Positions 26,746 to 39,660 of a stretch of 64,000 bases of DNA are shown one piece after another. Location of the stretch: positions 52,638,001 to 52,702,000 of the forward strand of contig NC_043006.1 of the NCBI RefSeq assembly GCF_006345805.1. Reading direction: 5' to 3'. Origin of the DNA: Octopus sinensis. Taxonomy: Eukaryota. Within the stretch, counting starts at the first letter, position 1. Every line of letters starts with the position of its first letter. The notes under the pieces are model-generated. The model saw only the letters and a program-made list of their open reading frames with translations, was not told the DNA's origin and did not search any database. The translations under genes were made by a program, and so were the position numbers.

Positions 26746-27049
26746 GAAAACAAGTTACTTTACCTGTCTTTTCATATTTATGCAAAGCTTTGCATTTTTA
26801 AAAGCATCCACAGACTCGGGAAGCAAGAACTCAATCGTCATTAAATAACATTTCTCTCCCTCAGATAGGTGATGTCATATTCTTACGTTTGACATGGGAC
26901 AAATAAAACAGGTTAGCATCTGAAATTTTCTGAATGTATATGACTTCAGTTATGAAATACCTTTTAAGCATCGGTGAAAGATGGAATGAGAAAAATAATG
27001 GCGCTAATATGCAACTATGTTTGACTTGTACTGCATCATCAAACTACAA

Positions 27050-27240
27050 GCTCAAGTGTGGGCGACGTATCCCCATGTCAATGAGTAGGGACTAAATTAT
27101 AGGAGCGAAGCTTTTCGGCGTCTAAAACTTCCCAGTATCAGCTGCACATTCAGTCAATTTACTGAGTCGAAAAGGTTCATGAAGTCAATGAAGAACTCAT
27201 CGAGTGCCATGTTCTGTTCCAAACAATTCTCCTGGATCCT
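27050..27240 (-). mobile_element. RTE-type LINE RT fragment
   Basis: IQENCLEQNMALDEFFIDFMNLFDSVN resembles the RTE QEKCREQ...FIDLTKAFDSVN motif. Confidence 0.55.
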
Positions 27241-27448
27241 TATTTACGATATAGTTTGATGTTGTAATATATTATAGAATAAATCTAATATTTCAGCTAA
27301 CACTACAAGCATAAATTAAACTTATAAATTCACCCTTATATTGGGATATCACCTGCAACTGAGTACCAACCAATAACTGTCTATGAAGGCATTGTGTATA
27401 TATTAAACACCGTTATTATACACAGACACAGACACACACACATATGTA

Positions 27449-27584
<136 letters not shown>

Positions 27585-28594
27585 ATTAAAGTTGGTATTA
27601 CTTTAAATTCAGCGGTGTAAGAAGGAGGCAGTCAGAATTTTGTATAATTTTTTATTAGCGCTTTCGTTCGTTCAACCGAACTTTTCAAAACATTATCTTG
27701 AAGAGTTCGGTTGAACGAACAAAAGTGTTAGTAAAGAATTATCCAAAATCCTGACTGCCTTATTAAGGAGTCCATTAAATTGGATAAACTGATTTCGTTT
27801 AATCAAGTATTCCAGCAGTTAGTTCGATCAGTAAATAACTACTTTCCAAGAATGCATTATTTAAGCAAGTGGGGGTAACCACTCTAGTATATCCCTTAAT
27901 AATAATGGTTATATATGCAATATCTCCATCGAGAATTACAAGCGGGTACAAGCGGGTTACAGATGATAACCCAGTATAGGATTGATATCAGTCCAGTTTA
28001 TCCCACGTCTTCGTCCATAGAGAAATTATAAGATAGAAACATGTTTGAAACTGCATAATGTATTTAAGTGAGTTTTATTTACTCAGTCAGTGTTGATTAA
28101 AATTATAGAGTTATTATGTAATACATTTTATCAGTAAAACAAAACACTGTTTAATTCGTCGATAATATATTATAATTTGCATCATAGTTTAACAGCAACA
28201 AACGCAATGCATCAAAATCACACACAACATAAATATCCTGCCCCTAAACACAACGTTTAACCATTACGAACTTAACACAGAAAATACTTGATGATTTTTA
28301 CAACAAACAAACTACTCACACGCACCACTCTGACAACATCGAATGTTCGCAACAATCTAACTTGCCTGAGGGGGTTGCTAAAGTCAAAGGTGATGATCCT
28401 CCTCTATCGACTAACTTTCAAATACTTTATATAAAAGCAATGTTAATAGGCGTAACATTTCTTTCCAGAGTAATCATATAACAGTTCAAAATTCTAATTA
28501 AACTAAAATCTATACGACACTATTGCCACTTCAATGCCGTTCCAGTGCACGTTGCAACTACCAGCTCATAGGAATACTCTAATATATTAATAGT

Positions 28595-28980
28595 ACCGAT
28601 TATCGTTTATCGTTTGACTTTAGTCATGCTGGGCACCTCCTTGAAAGGTTTTAGTCGAATGAATCAACCCTATAGCTTTTCTTAAAGCCTGGTACTTTTC
28701 CTGTCTGTCTCTTTTGCTGATCCGTTAGGTTATGGGGACGTAAATATACTAACACCGGTTGTCAAGCGGTGGTGTGAGAAAAAAAAACATAGACACAAAG
28801 ACACGCACTTATAGAATATACGTATATATACGACGGGCTTCTTTGAGTTTCCGTGTACCAAGTCCACTCACAAGGCTTTGGTCGGCCTGAGGGTATAGTA
28901 AAAGACACTTGCCCAAGGTACCACGCAGTGGGACTGAACCCAGCACCATGTGGTTAGGAAGCAAGCTTCTTACCACAAAA
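28595..28980 (-). mobile_element. SINE family B
   Basis: Reverse complement of family B head, body and tail. Confidence 0.8.
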
Positions 28981-30454
28981 GCCCTATTTTTTCAAACAAA
29001 GCTACATTACCAGTGAGTGGTGACAGCTTCCGCTGCTAAACATGCTTTTACGCTGTTCACTTTTTAGTAGATCTGGGGAAATGTTTATATGTGTGAATGT
29101 CCGAGGGGAATTAAGACGAAATGATTATAACGTATACTCAAGCTTGGATAGACACAATCTTGTAATATTCCGGTGTTTACTTCCTTTTCTACTCGCCTCG
29201 AAAACTCTACTATATCATTGGTACTTATTTTATAGACCTCACTGTGAGTGAAAGCCAAAGTTTAGCAGAAATAACCAAGAGATAAAACACTTCTACAAAT
29301 TGCGAGTGATAGATCAACACACCACTCGGTTTGACACCATCATCTATTCCTGTTGTAGCCGAATTCTGTCTTGTACTAGTATCCATCCCAGATACCCAGT
29401 CCTTCTTCCTTTTTCTCCAGCGATTATTCATTTATAGGTGTTCAGGCTGGAGATCAGACACAACAATCTAACTTGCCTGAGGGGGTTGCTAAGGTCAAGG
29501 GTGATGATTCTTTTCTATCGACTAAGTTTTCAAGTACTTTATATAAAAGCAATGGTAGTAGACGTAACATTTGTTTCCAGAGTAATCATATAACAGTTCA
29601 AAGTTCTAATTCAACTAAAATCTATGCGACACTATTGCCACTTCAATGCCCTTCAAGTGCCACTTAAATTCTACTTCAGCGTCACAATAGCATATCACTA
29701 CCACTGTCTTGACACTCCAATGCCACTCCTACATTACTTTGATGCTTCCGCACCATCACTTAATGCCACTCCAACAAAACTCCACTATAAGTAATTCTAT
29801 ATATAAATAATGATTTTGTAACTTTTGGCCGAGGTCACAAATTTGTATGAAAAGAAACTTCACCTCTCTACTTCACTAAAACTTTTTATCGACCTCCTGG
29901 AAGGATTAAAATATTTTGAACTCGGTAAAATTTCCTTTCAAAACATGAAAGAATATAACGTAGCAGCCTAAGTACATAGCTGCGTACTCAGTAATCTTAT
30001 GTACATATGTAATGAAATACGCATAAATATTAATTACGTGTTGACTGGAGAGGCGTGTAAAGAGGAGCTATATTTAAGAAAAGGAGACGTGATGTCCTGT
30101 CATTGATATCTTCTTTGATCTTTTGTTGACTTGTACATATTCCTAACAATATAAGAAGAATGAGTAATGAATTTGTCCTTGGTGAGATTCGTATTCAGAA
30201 AGCCACGCCAAGTGTGATGATGATGATAATGGTGGTTTCACATTTTGCAACAATGCCAGCAACTTCCGGGTAGATGTTGAGTCGATTACGTCGACCCCAG
30301 GGTTTCAACTGCTACTTATTTCATCAAAGGATGAAAGAAAAATTTGACCTCGGCGGAATTTGAACACAGGACGTAAGACAGGAAAATGCCACTTATCATT
30401 TTGTCTGACGTGCTAACAACTTTGTCAGCTTGTCCCCTTAACAAAAGCAGTGAA

Positions 30455-30548
30455 AATAACAGCACCAAAAGAAACCACAGCACATATTCAAGGCACAAAG
30501 AGCTGCACTCGATAGCATAGTTGAAAGCACGTCATAAAAATAAGACTA

Positions 30549-30550
<2 letters not shown>
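30455..30550 (+). mobile_element. R4/Dong-type 3' UTR ending in (TAA)n
   Basis: Matches the 3' UTR of the copy at 46860-47040 and runs into a (TAA)n array. Confidence 0.65.
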
Positions 30551-30603
<53 letters not shown>

Positions 30604-30630
30604 TAATAATAATATAATAATAATAATATA

Positions 30631-30680
<50 letters not shown>

Positions 30681-32678
30681 CATTATTATTATTATAATCC
30701 TTTCTACTACAGGCGCAAATGAATAATAATCATTTCTACTACTGAATCACACCTGCAAGATCATGCACTGTGTATCTTATATGAGATCACCATGCTACGC
30801 ACATATGATTGAGATGCATAGCCTGGTACATCCTTATCAGTTAGTTAGTCACGATGGATATATCGGGCTTTGTATATTTGTATCCCAATGTCACTTTGAT
30901 GGCATACTGTCTCACTCAACAATAATAATTCTTTCTACTCTAGGCAGAAGTTCTGAAATTTGGGGAAAGGGAGCTACACTATCGCATCCGACTCCAGTGC
31001 TCGACTGGTACTTAATTAATTGACCCCGGAAGGATGAAAAGCTAAGTCGACCTCGGCTGAATTTTAACTCAGACCGTAAACCGACAAAACGCTGCTAAGC
31101 ATTTTGTCCGGTGTGCTAGCGATTCTGCCAGCTCACTGCTTTGATAATATTGATAATAATAATTGATTTCTTACAAGACCTTTTCCATGTGTGTTTACGT
31201 GTGCGATGACACATTCTACAGTAACGGCAGCAATATATAGCCTACTTTATTAAACATTTTTGCCATAAAGGCATAACACAGAGGGAGTGGCTTGCGGGCT
31301 GGACAGAAACATTGATGAGATGAATGATGAAAAAGGATGATATTGATGGGAGAAGACGCCTGCCGATTTTTTGTTTCTCTGAAACATTATTCTTTTTTTT
31401 TTTTTTACACAGTAAGAACAATACGAGGTATTAAACGTCTTACTTTAGTTCCATAGTTCATTCTAAATTGAGGCTCTGAGCCCCTTACAAACAATAAACT
31501 CAAAGCACAAAACAAAACAACAGACCGAAGCATTAAACCTCTTACTTTAATGTTTCTACACAATACGAGGCACTAAACCTCTTAATTTTTTCCGCCCCAC
31601 TGTCACCTGACCAGGCTCAATGCCACACTCAAGCACCTCGATGGTGCTAGGTCGGGAATTTTCAGCAGAAAGCGAAATGTGTCCTCAGGGAAGGAGCTTA
31701 TTACCTCAAACAAGTCTTTTTTTTTCTCACACGACCTCCGCTGCTACCTGTGGAGGCCAACCTGGATTCTTGATACAGGTGCTAATTCCTTCTCATCGAT
31801 CATTTTCATTAAACGGTTTGATCATTCTTTGGGTTTCCCATCCCCCGTGGCACAGAACCACAAATTCCTCCTCCACATAGGGAGAGTCCTCAAATCCCCC
31901 CTTCGGTGGCACAACTCCCACCGAAGGGGTTTCGGGACATGCCAGCAGTGTACTAGCAACCGCCGGCAATGCCTCGTTTTTTCTTTTTTCTTCTTTTCTC
32001 TTTTATATAGCCTACTTGATGCTTGTTATGTAGCTTCAATAAGTAGTGGGGAGGCAAGTCTTTCTATCTCGCTCTGTCTCCTCTCTTCCTTTCTCTTTGT
32101 CGTTCCTTCTCCTTCTCTCTCTCTCTCTCTAAACATACATATATGCATGTTCATGTGAGTGTGTGTGTGGTGGGGGCTTATGAGTGCGTGCGCGTGCTCG
32201 CGCTTGTGTGATACACTATTGGAATAAACGCTGCTGATAGTTTCTTGAAACTGTAATTCGGCCGGTTCATATAACGTGCCTTGTGTCTCCAAGCTATATT
32301 TCAAGTTTAATGTCCCTGATTAGTCCTATTTGAAAATCAGGACGCTAGTACATGAGAAAATACGAGAAAAAAAACAGAAAAAAATTTTTTCCTGTATTTT
32401 TCATGTACCAGCATCCTGATTTTCACACAGGTCTAACCATGTGCTCTAACAGGCACAAGGAACGTTTTATAAATCTATCGAGTTGCCGTGGCATAAAACT
32501 ACTTCCATAACATAAAACTGTTTGCAGCTCTTATTCTAATTATAATGTACATTAAACATCTGTCTGTCACTGGATGAAGCACTTTTTTTTTTGATTTAAT
32601 CTATAGTAGCGGAACAATAAACTTCATACACACACACATACACACACACATACATACATACATACATACATACATACA

Positions 32679-32710
<32 letters not shown>

Positions 32711-33058
32711 GTACAGCATGTTTTTTTTTACTTCAAGCATACCACAACGCTAAAACCCGATTAGTTTGAAGTTTAATTATTTTCGTAAGAATTTTCATAA
32801 TTCCATGACAATCGTTTTGCTTACTTTGAAGCACTAAAGCTCCTAACCTCACCATATCATTTTCCATATAAACTATGTTGTTCGTGCGTTTGCATCAACT
32901 TACAGAGATTTGGGAAATATTTCTGTCACAGTTGATTTCATAGTATCATAATATATTTTTTACTTATGTTTTATTTGTTTATCTGTGTATTTAATTTAGG
33001 TTTCTATTTTACTATTTCGAAAGTTATCATTGTTATTGTTCTTATTTTGGGGTAAAAG

Positions 33059-33119
<61 letters not shown>

Positions 33120-33439
33120 CTGTGTTTATAATTAAAAAAAAGTAGTCACAGAAACCGTTACAAGAATCTATAAACGCAGATTCTTTAGCGTAGCATGTTT
33201 ATTCTGACGTCTGATTTGAAAAGATATTTGACTACATTTCTCTAATATAGAAGAGGATCTTCTTTTAAAAACTACTTTATATTATTTAGTCATTTATTTA
33301 GATTTTTAAAGAATTCTCACCATCATTCATTTTTAAGGAATATGGCTCATTATAAACCAAGACAGAGAAGCCAATTAATTTCTTACAGAAATTTTTTTTC
33401 CAGTTATTTTAACTTTCTTTTATTAAACTTCATCATTTG

Positions 33440-33690
33440 TTAATATTCTGCTCTGGTTCTCATTCTCGTCATAACGAAATGGCGTTTCGTTAGTTTAACT
33501 TGTGTGTTTTTATCTGTTGCTAATTGCAGGAAGTAATTATCAAGTTCTTCATTGGAATTCATTGACTGTCTTTTTCCCAGATAATGCCATACACAACACT
33601 CACAGTGAGCTCGGGCATCAATCGAAGATGGACACATTTTACATTTGCAATTTTCTTCAGTTTTCACGTCTTGCACAAACAAAGAGATTC
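33440..33690 (-). CDS. Last coding exon of a cysteine-rich amidated peptide precursor: (G)ISLFVQDVKT-EENCKCKMCPSSIDARAHCECCVWHYL-GKR-QSMNSNEELDNYFLQL...AEY*
   Basis: Minus-strand acceptor tttcttttttctttttcgttgcag ends at 33691; open frame of 251 nt; six Cys; GKR amidation/cleavage site; stop at 33442-33440; AATAAA at 33423-33418. Confidence 0.8.
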
Positions 33691-33899
33691 CTGCAACGAA
33701 AAAGAAAAAAGAAATAGCAAAGAAAATATCAAGCATTTTACTTTCAATAATCATTTTCCTATAATTAATTCAGGCCTTATATAATATTATTATTATCATT
33801 ACTTGTTTACACTTTTTCGATATCAGTGACTTTTCGTCACTGGAAAAAGGATATATATTTGCAAAGGGAACCCACTTTTCATCGGCAATCGGTGATTGT

Positions 33900-33944
33900 C
33901 ACACGCTGATGATGGGTCAATACCCAGAAACTCGAGTCCGTGTG
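33900..33944 (+). ncRNA. Minimal type I hammerhead ribozyme with fully canonical core
   Basis: Stem I CACACG/CGTGTG; CTGATGA 33906-33912; stem II TGGGT-CAAT-ACCCA; GAAA 33927-33930; palindromic CTCGAG stem III; GTC site with predicted cleavage after 33938. Confidence 0.85.
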
Positions 33945-34532
33945 CATCATGTCAGATTAAAGATGGGAAGTATGGTTTCCCTTTGCAAATACTGATAGAG
34001 CACAGAAAGTGTGTCAATAGCCAGCTGGAGGAGGTGTCCTCCTGGGGCTACAAGCTACAGTAGCATCCACCCTTAAGGGTTAGCCACATTTAAGTGGCAA
34101 ATATACTTCCTTATATAATACTTGTACATATATACTTACACATATAAGTGAATACAAACATACATACCTACATTTTTAAAAAGGGTGAAGGCACGTGGCT
34201 TAGTGGTTCGGGCATTCGGCTCACGATTGTAAAGTCGTGAGTTCAATTCCCGGCGATGCGTTGTGTCCTTGAGCAAGACACTTTATTTCACGTTGCTCCC
34301 GTCCACTCAGAGTCACACTCTCTGTCACGCTGAATCTCCCCGAGAACTACGTTAAGAGTACACGTGTTTGTGGAGTGCTCAGCCACTTGCACGTTAATGA
34401 TCGTATATAGTGGGACCCTCGTCGTCGTGACATATATGCATGCACGCATGCCTACATACATAAATACATACATACATACATACATACATACATACATACA
34501 TACATACATACATACATACATACATACATACA

Positions 34533-34566
<34 letters not shown>

Positions 34567-35449
34567 CATACATACATACATACATGCTAATATACCAAGT
34601 TTTTGATGGTAAATTAATAACATTAAAGCATGGATCTTCAGTGAGAAACTCCGTTACCAAAATTAACGATATCAATGAGTCATCATCAACCACGTTTGCT
34701 GTTATTTCACAAGCTTTATAACGGAGGTTAAAGGAAAGGAAAACAATCCCTAAAATAGCTCATTCTCAAGTACATCTAAGATCGTTTTTGTCTAAAACTG
34801 GAAATGGAAATACTAAATTCAACCATAATGTATCATGCATGAGTACAGCAGAAAGGAACGCTATGTGAATAACAATAATGAAGCATACAATATCGCCTTT
34901 TAGTAATGCTGTGAAACAGTTGCATAATAGGAAGGCACCAGAAAGTGACTAAATAAATGAAAAGTGGTCCTCACGTGTACATGTATATGACATATGGAAT
35001 GCAAAATGGATATTCCAAACTGGCTAGTCATAGCACGGAAAAATCATTTGACAAAATATAAAACACCTACTTGCCAAGAAACTATACGGTATTGAATGAG
35101 GAGCAAGCAAGTGGAAGGGGTTACGTGTAAGGATATAACAAATACCTTCAAATGAATAAACCTAACCTGTCTGAAGTAAATATGAAAGATAAATAAAATG
35201 ACAAGCCTCGTGAGATAATGACATTAGAATATTTCCCGTGTATGCTTTATTTATGAAGGACAAATAATCATTTGTGGTCTAATATACCTGAGGTGGTGGA
35301 CTTCGAAAAATATTTAATTAATAGAAATTGTAAACAAATGTAAAAAGCTGTTAGCGTCAATAAAACTCATTTGAAACACAAACATACACACACATACACA
35401 TATAAGGCAAGGGTGTATATACTACGCAATATTAAATCCAGCAATTTAC

Positions 35450-36055
35450 ACTTCATTTTGCGCCCTATCCCTGCCGCAAATGAAAGTAATACTGATTCGT
35501 TAAGAGGATTAATTTGATCAGATAAAATACTTAAATAGTCTTGACTATTAATTCTGTCATGAAAGGAAACCATTGGGCCGACGGATTTCCAAGATTTAGC
35601 CCCCCAGATCGTCACAGATAGTCCTCCATGTTTAACAGTTGGAAGAAAGTAGTCTGGGTCAAATACTTATTTTGGCTGTCTCCACACGTATACTCGGCCT
35701 GTGGTCCGAAATAAGGTAAAGGAAGACTCGTCCGAGAAAATAACATCCTTCCACTGTTCTAGGCACCAATTCTATAGGTTTTTACTCCACTCTAAACGCT
35801 TTGCAACGTTTGTTTTTGAAAGTAGTGGTTTTCTGATTGCAGCCCTTCCGTGAAATCCAGATTTTTGCAACTCCCGGCGAACAGTTTTTATGGACTGGGT
35901 TCTCGGGGTAGTCATCAAGCTCTGCAGTAATTTTGGGAGCTGTAGTTTTGTGATCCTTTCTAATAATTCGTGTAAGAGTCCGACGGTACCTCTCTGAAAG
36001 CTTTGGTTTTCTTCCTGAGTTTTGTTTCGACGAGGAGGTTTTTCCCTCTTTCTCA
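35450..36055 (-). mobile_element. Tc1 transposase remnant
   Basis: KTVRRELQKSGFHGRAAIRKPLLSKTNVAKRLEWSK, IFSDESSF and TIWGAKSWKSVGPMVSFHDRINSQDYLSIL motifs. Confidence 0.85.
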
Positions 36056-36210
36056 AAAGTCTGATAGATCTCTTATTTTAATGAATTTTAATTACCTTCT
36101 TCCGCGTTTCGGGGTTAAAGAGATGTAAAAAGATGTAAAGTCATATTTTTACTCACTTGGTCGAGTACGTATGTTAATTATCAGTGCTCTCAAATTTTAA
36201 AACTTGAAAT

Positions 36211-36294
36211 ACTATACTGAGGAAGGGAATAAGTGAGTAGAAATATGAATTTTACATCTTTTTACATCTCTTTAACCCCGAAACGCGTATATAG
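36211..36294 (+). ncRNA. Type I hammerhead ribozyme with long stem II
   Basis: Stem I ACTATA/TATAGT; CTGAGGA 36217-36223; GGG/CCC closing a ~47-nt insert (A.C at the first pair); GAAA 36279-36282; palindromic ACGCGT; GTA site 36286-36288. Confidence 0.65.
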
Positions 36295-36464
36295 TTAATC
36301 AAAGCCGGGTGAATTCGTTATTATTTTTTCTCTTTACCTGCTTGTGTTGTAGAGTATTGCTGTCTGGGAGATATCTTATGGTAGTAGAATAGTATTTTAA
36401 TTGCTATTTCTAAATTTCGGTATGTGGTGAGGCAAATGTTGCTGAAGCAATTATAATAATATAT

Positions 36465-36495
<31 letters not shown>

Positions 36496-36903
36496 GACAT
36501 TAACTTAATTGCTTTAATGATATATACATATATATATATACACACACACACACACACGCATATATATATATATATATATATGTTGTTGTGTGTGGTGTGT
36601 GTGGTGTGTGTGTATGTGTATTGTATATATCATTAAAGCAATTAAGTTAATGTCAGAGTGACCAGTAGGCGTTCTATCTGGATGCGAAACAACAAGGGCC
36701 TTAGCCTCGCAGACGTCCGTGAGGCTAAGGCCTTTCTGGGTGGGAATCGTTGGTCACTTTATGACCGGATGTTAACTTAATTACTTTTGCTATATTACTG
36801 CTCTATGCTTTGGAGCGTACTTCTTTTCCGTATATATAATACATTGACGATATATATATATATATATTGGTGTGTGTGTGTGTGTGTGTATTTATATATA
36901 TAT

Positions 36904-36934
<31 letters not shown>

Positions 36935-37025
36935 AACAATTGAGGGCAAAATTAATTAATTATTAATCAATTTCACCAAGTGTTCAGTATGCAAAGGGAC
37001 CATTCAAGGCGAATTCAAATTATAC

Positions 37026-37279
37026 ATTATATAAAAGGGCTTAGTAAAATAAATACTTTGCCGCATACTGAACTCATTAGAAATAGCAGCTAAAAAACTT
37101 TTTTAAAGCTATTTCTAATACTAAAGAAAATCTCCTCATATAGTGTTTGCTTAATTAAGCAAACACTATATATGAGAGAGATTTTCTTTAAGTATTAGAA
37201 ATAGCTTTAAAAAAGTTTTTTAGCTGCTATTTCTAATGAGTTCAGTATGCGGCAAAGTAATTTATTTTACTAAGCCCTT

Positions 37280-37285
<6 letters not shown>
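37026..37285. repeat. Near-perfect ~260-bp palindrome
   Basis: Centre GCTTAA|TTAAGC at 37154/37155; the arms differ by a few substitutions and indels. Confidence 0.9.
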
Positions 37286-37332
<47 letters not shown>

Positions 37333-37525
37333 GTATAGAATAGTTTGTACAATACTTCACCAATATTTACTTGAAATAGGAGTCGATAATATACGACGCT
37401 ATTGTAAAGCTTCACTGTATATATATATATATACTGGCAAAGATGTTTGCGGGCGGCGAACATAAAAAATTCTATCTTACCTGTAGGAAGAACATTAAAT
37501 AAATGTACAATGTACAGATGTGGAT

Positions 37526-37601
37526 AATCTAGGACCTAGGTTTCGAACTTTCCAAATTATGTTTGTTAATGTAAATTTGATTAGTTTTCTTTGGCTAGAT
37601 T
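37526..37601 (-). ncRNA. Decayed type I hammerhead (core CCAAAGA)
   Basis: Stem I AATCTAG/CTAGATT; stem II AACT/AGTT plus CAAATT/AATTTG; GAAAC-CTAG-GTC; two core substitutions. Confidence 0.55.
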
Positions 37602-38229
37602 CACCTAGACAACATTTCGAATGTTGCTACATTAGTACCAGTTTACTCGTCTGAATGCCTGGCCGTTAACAGAACAAAATCAGTGAAAAAAGTTTTCAGA
37701 GCAAAATTTATTAAAAAGTGCAGTACAGTAGTATTGCTTCCCAGTAAAACAAACCACCATTTGGTTAAAGTGTGTGTGTATATATATGCTTGATATTGGG
37801 CTGTGAATACAACCACTGTTATAATGGGTTGAATAGTATATGTAAATCAAAATACATTATTTAAAACATCTTAAAATCGTAATTAATGCCAATGAATGTA
37901 ATACCTCAATATACTTATAATTTTAATTAATGAAACGTATTTAGCTCACTGCATTAACTATGTTAGCCAATACTTAACTATATATCTTCCAGGCACAAAG
38001 TGTCTCTGGTTACTATTCCCTAATCATTTATTTCAGCGATCTGTAATAAGTTAGTCGATGAGCTAGTTTCGATTCGTGATTGAACTTGTTTGCTTACTTA
38101 TATTTTTAATACTATTCGTAAACACATCAAGACCACAACATCCCGTTTTGTCGCTTTTTTTGTAAGCTGCAGTCATTTGGACTTAGACAAAAATGTTATC
38201 AATGTTTGTGTTCTTTTTATCATTCTGAG

Positions 38230-39374
38230 TTGTTAAGTGGGTTTTTCATGCGTGTATGTATGGCATGAATATGTTTTTCTGTCGATATATGTGTATGTGT
38301 TGTTAACAACCCAACACGTACACATAATCACATACGCAGACACACACACATATCCAAACAGAGAATGCCATACACACACACACACACACGCACATACACA
38401 TGCGTACATACACAAATCCTTTATACAGAGTTACCAATGTAAATACGAGCATTCAGAGATTTATCAAAACATTTCCAAAACAGGTTTTCTCGAAACAAAT
38501 TGTGTGTGTGTGAGTGTGTGTGTGTGCACACGTGTGTGTGTATGCGCGCATGTGTGTGTGTGTGTGTGTGTCTAAGTATTTGTGTGTGGGTGCACACGCG
38601 ACTGTACATGTGAATGAGCGCGTTTGCATAAGTCTATATATTTATGAGTATACCTGTGTACCTGTGTAAATGTACTGACGTGTTATTGTATATGTATGCG
38701 TGTAGGTGTGTAGGTGTGTGTGTACGTGTGTATATGTGTGTGTGTGTGTGTGTGAATTAGTATGTTCACGTGAATGTGAGCCAATTTATTTAAGTGTGTA
38801 TATGAGTAAGAATGTGCATGAGAATGTGAGTTTATTTATTGTGTGTGTGTGAACCTGTGCGTATATAAGTGTATATAAGTGTATATATACGTTTGTGTGA
38901 GCAAGCGTGTGTCGGCGTGTCTTTTGATTAGCATATGTATATAAAAGCATGAGTGAATGAGTTATTGTATGTATGTAAGTGTGAATAAACATAAGTGTGT
39001 GTATGTGTTAATATTTGAATGCGTGTGAAACACTATGTGTTTATGTATGAATGGGCTGGTGTTTAGTGTGGGTGTGTTTATATATACAGTTGTATGCTTG
39101 TATAAGCGTACGTGTAAATGTATATGAGTGTGGTAGTTTGTGTTATTGTGCAACTATGTGAGAATGAGTGATTATGCGTGTATAAGTGTGTGCGCGCGTG
39201 TGCTTGTATGTGTGTTTGGGTGTATTTACAGAGAGAGGTATGTGTAGGTGTTAGTATGTAAGGGTACGTATGTATAAGTGTTTGAGTGCATATAAAGTAA
39301 CGTGTCTGTGAGTTTTTATGCGTATGTGTGTATATCTGTCTGTCTGTCTGTCTGTATGTATGTATGTATGTATG

Positions 39375-39417
<43 letters not shown>

Positions 39418-39660
39418 ATATATATATATTATATATAATATATATATATAAACGTGTGTGTGTGTGGGTATGCTCTCATGTGCGTGTGTGTGCTTATATC
39501 TGTGCATGTGTATGTGCGTATGTGTATGTATGTGTGCGTATCTCTGAGTGTCTATGTGTGTGTGTGTCTATGTGTGTGCGGGTGTGTTTCTGTGTGTGAT
39601 TATGTGTGTGTGTACGCGCGCGTGTATGTGTGAGTGTACGAGTGTTTTTCAATGTTTAGG
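38230..39660. repeat. Long degenerate (TG)/(CA)/(TATC) low-complexity tract
   Basis: Directly visible. Confidence 0.9.

Noticed and set aside
31590-31975. GC-richer stretch with overlapping ORFs
   Set aside because: No recognisable domain; probably a decayed retroelement 5' region, but not assignable.
33691-33754. In-frame apparent signal peptide MLDIFFAISFFFFVAG in the 33440-33754 ORF
   Set aside because: The Phe run is the translation of a polypyrimidine tract ending in tgcag. A phase-compatible upstream exon with a consensus donor explains the gene better. A single-exon form is not formally excluded.
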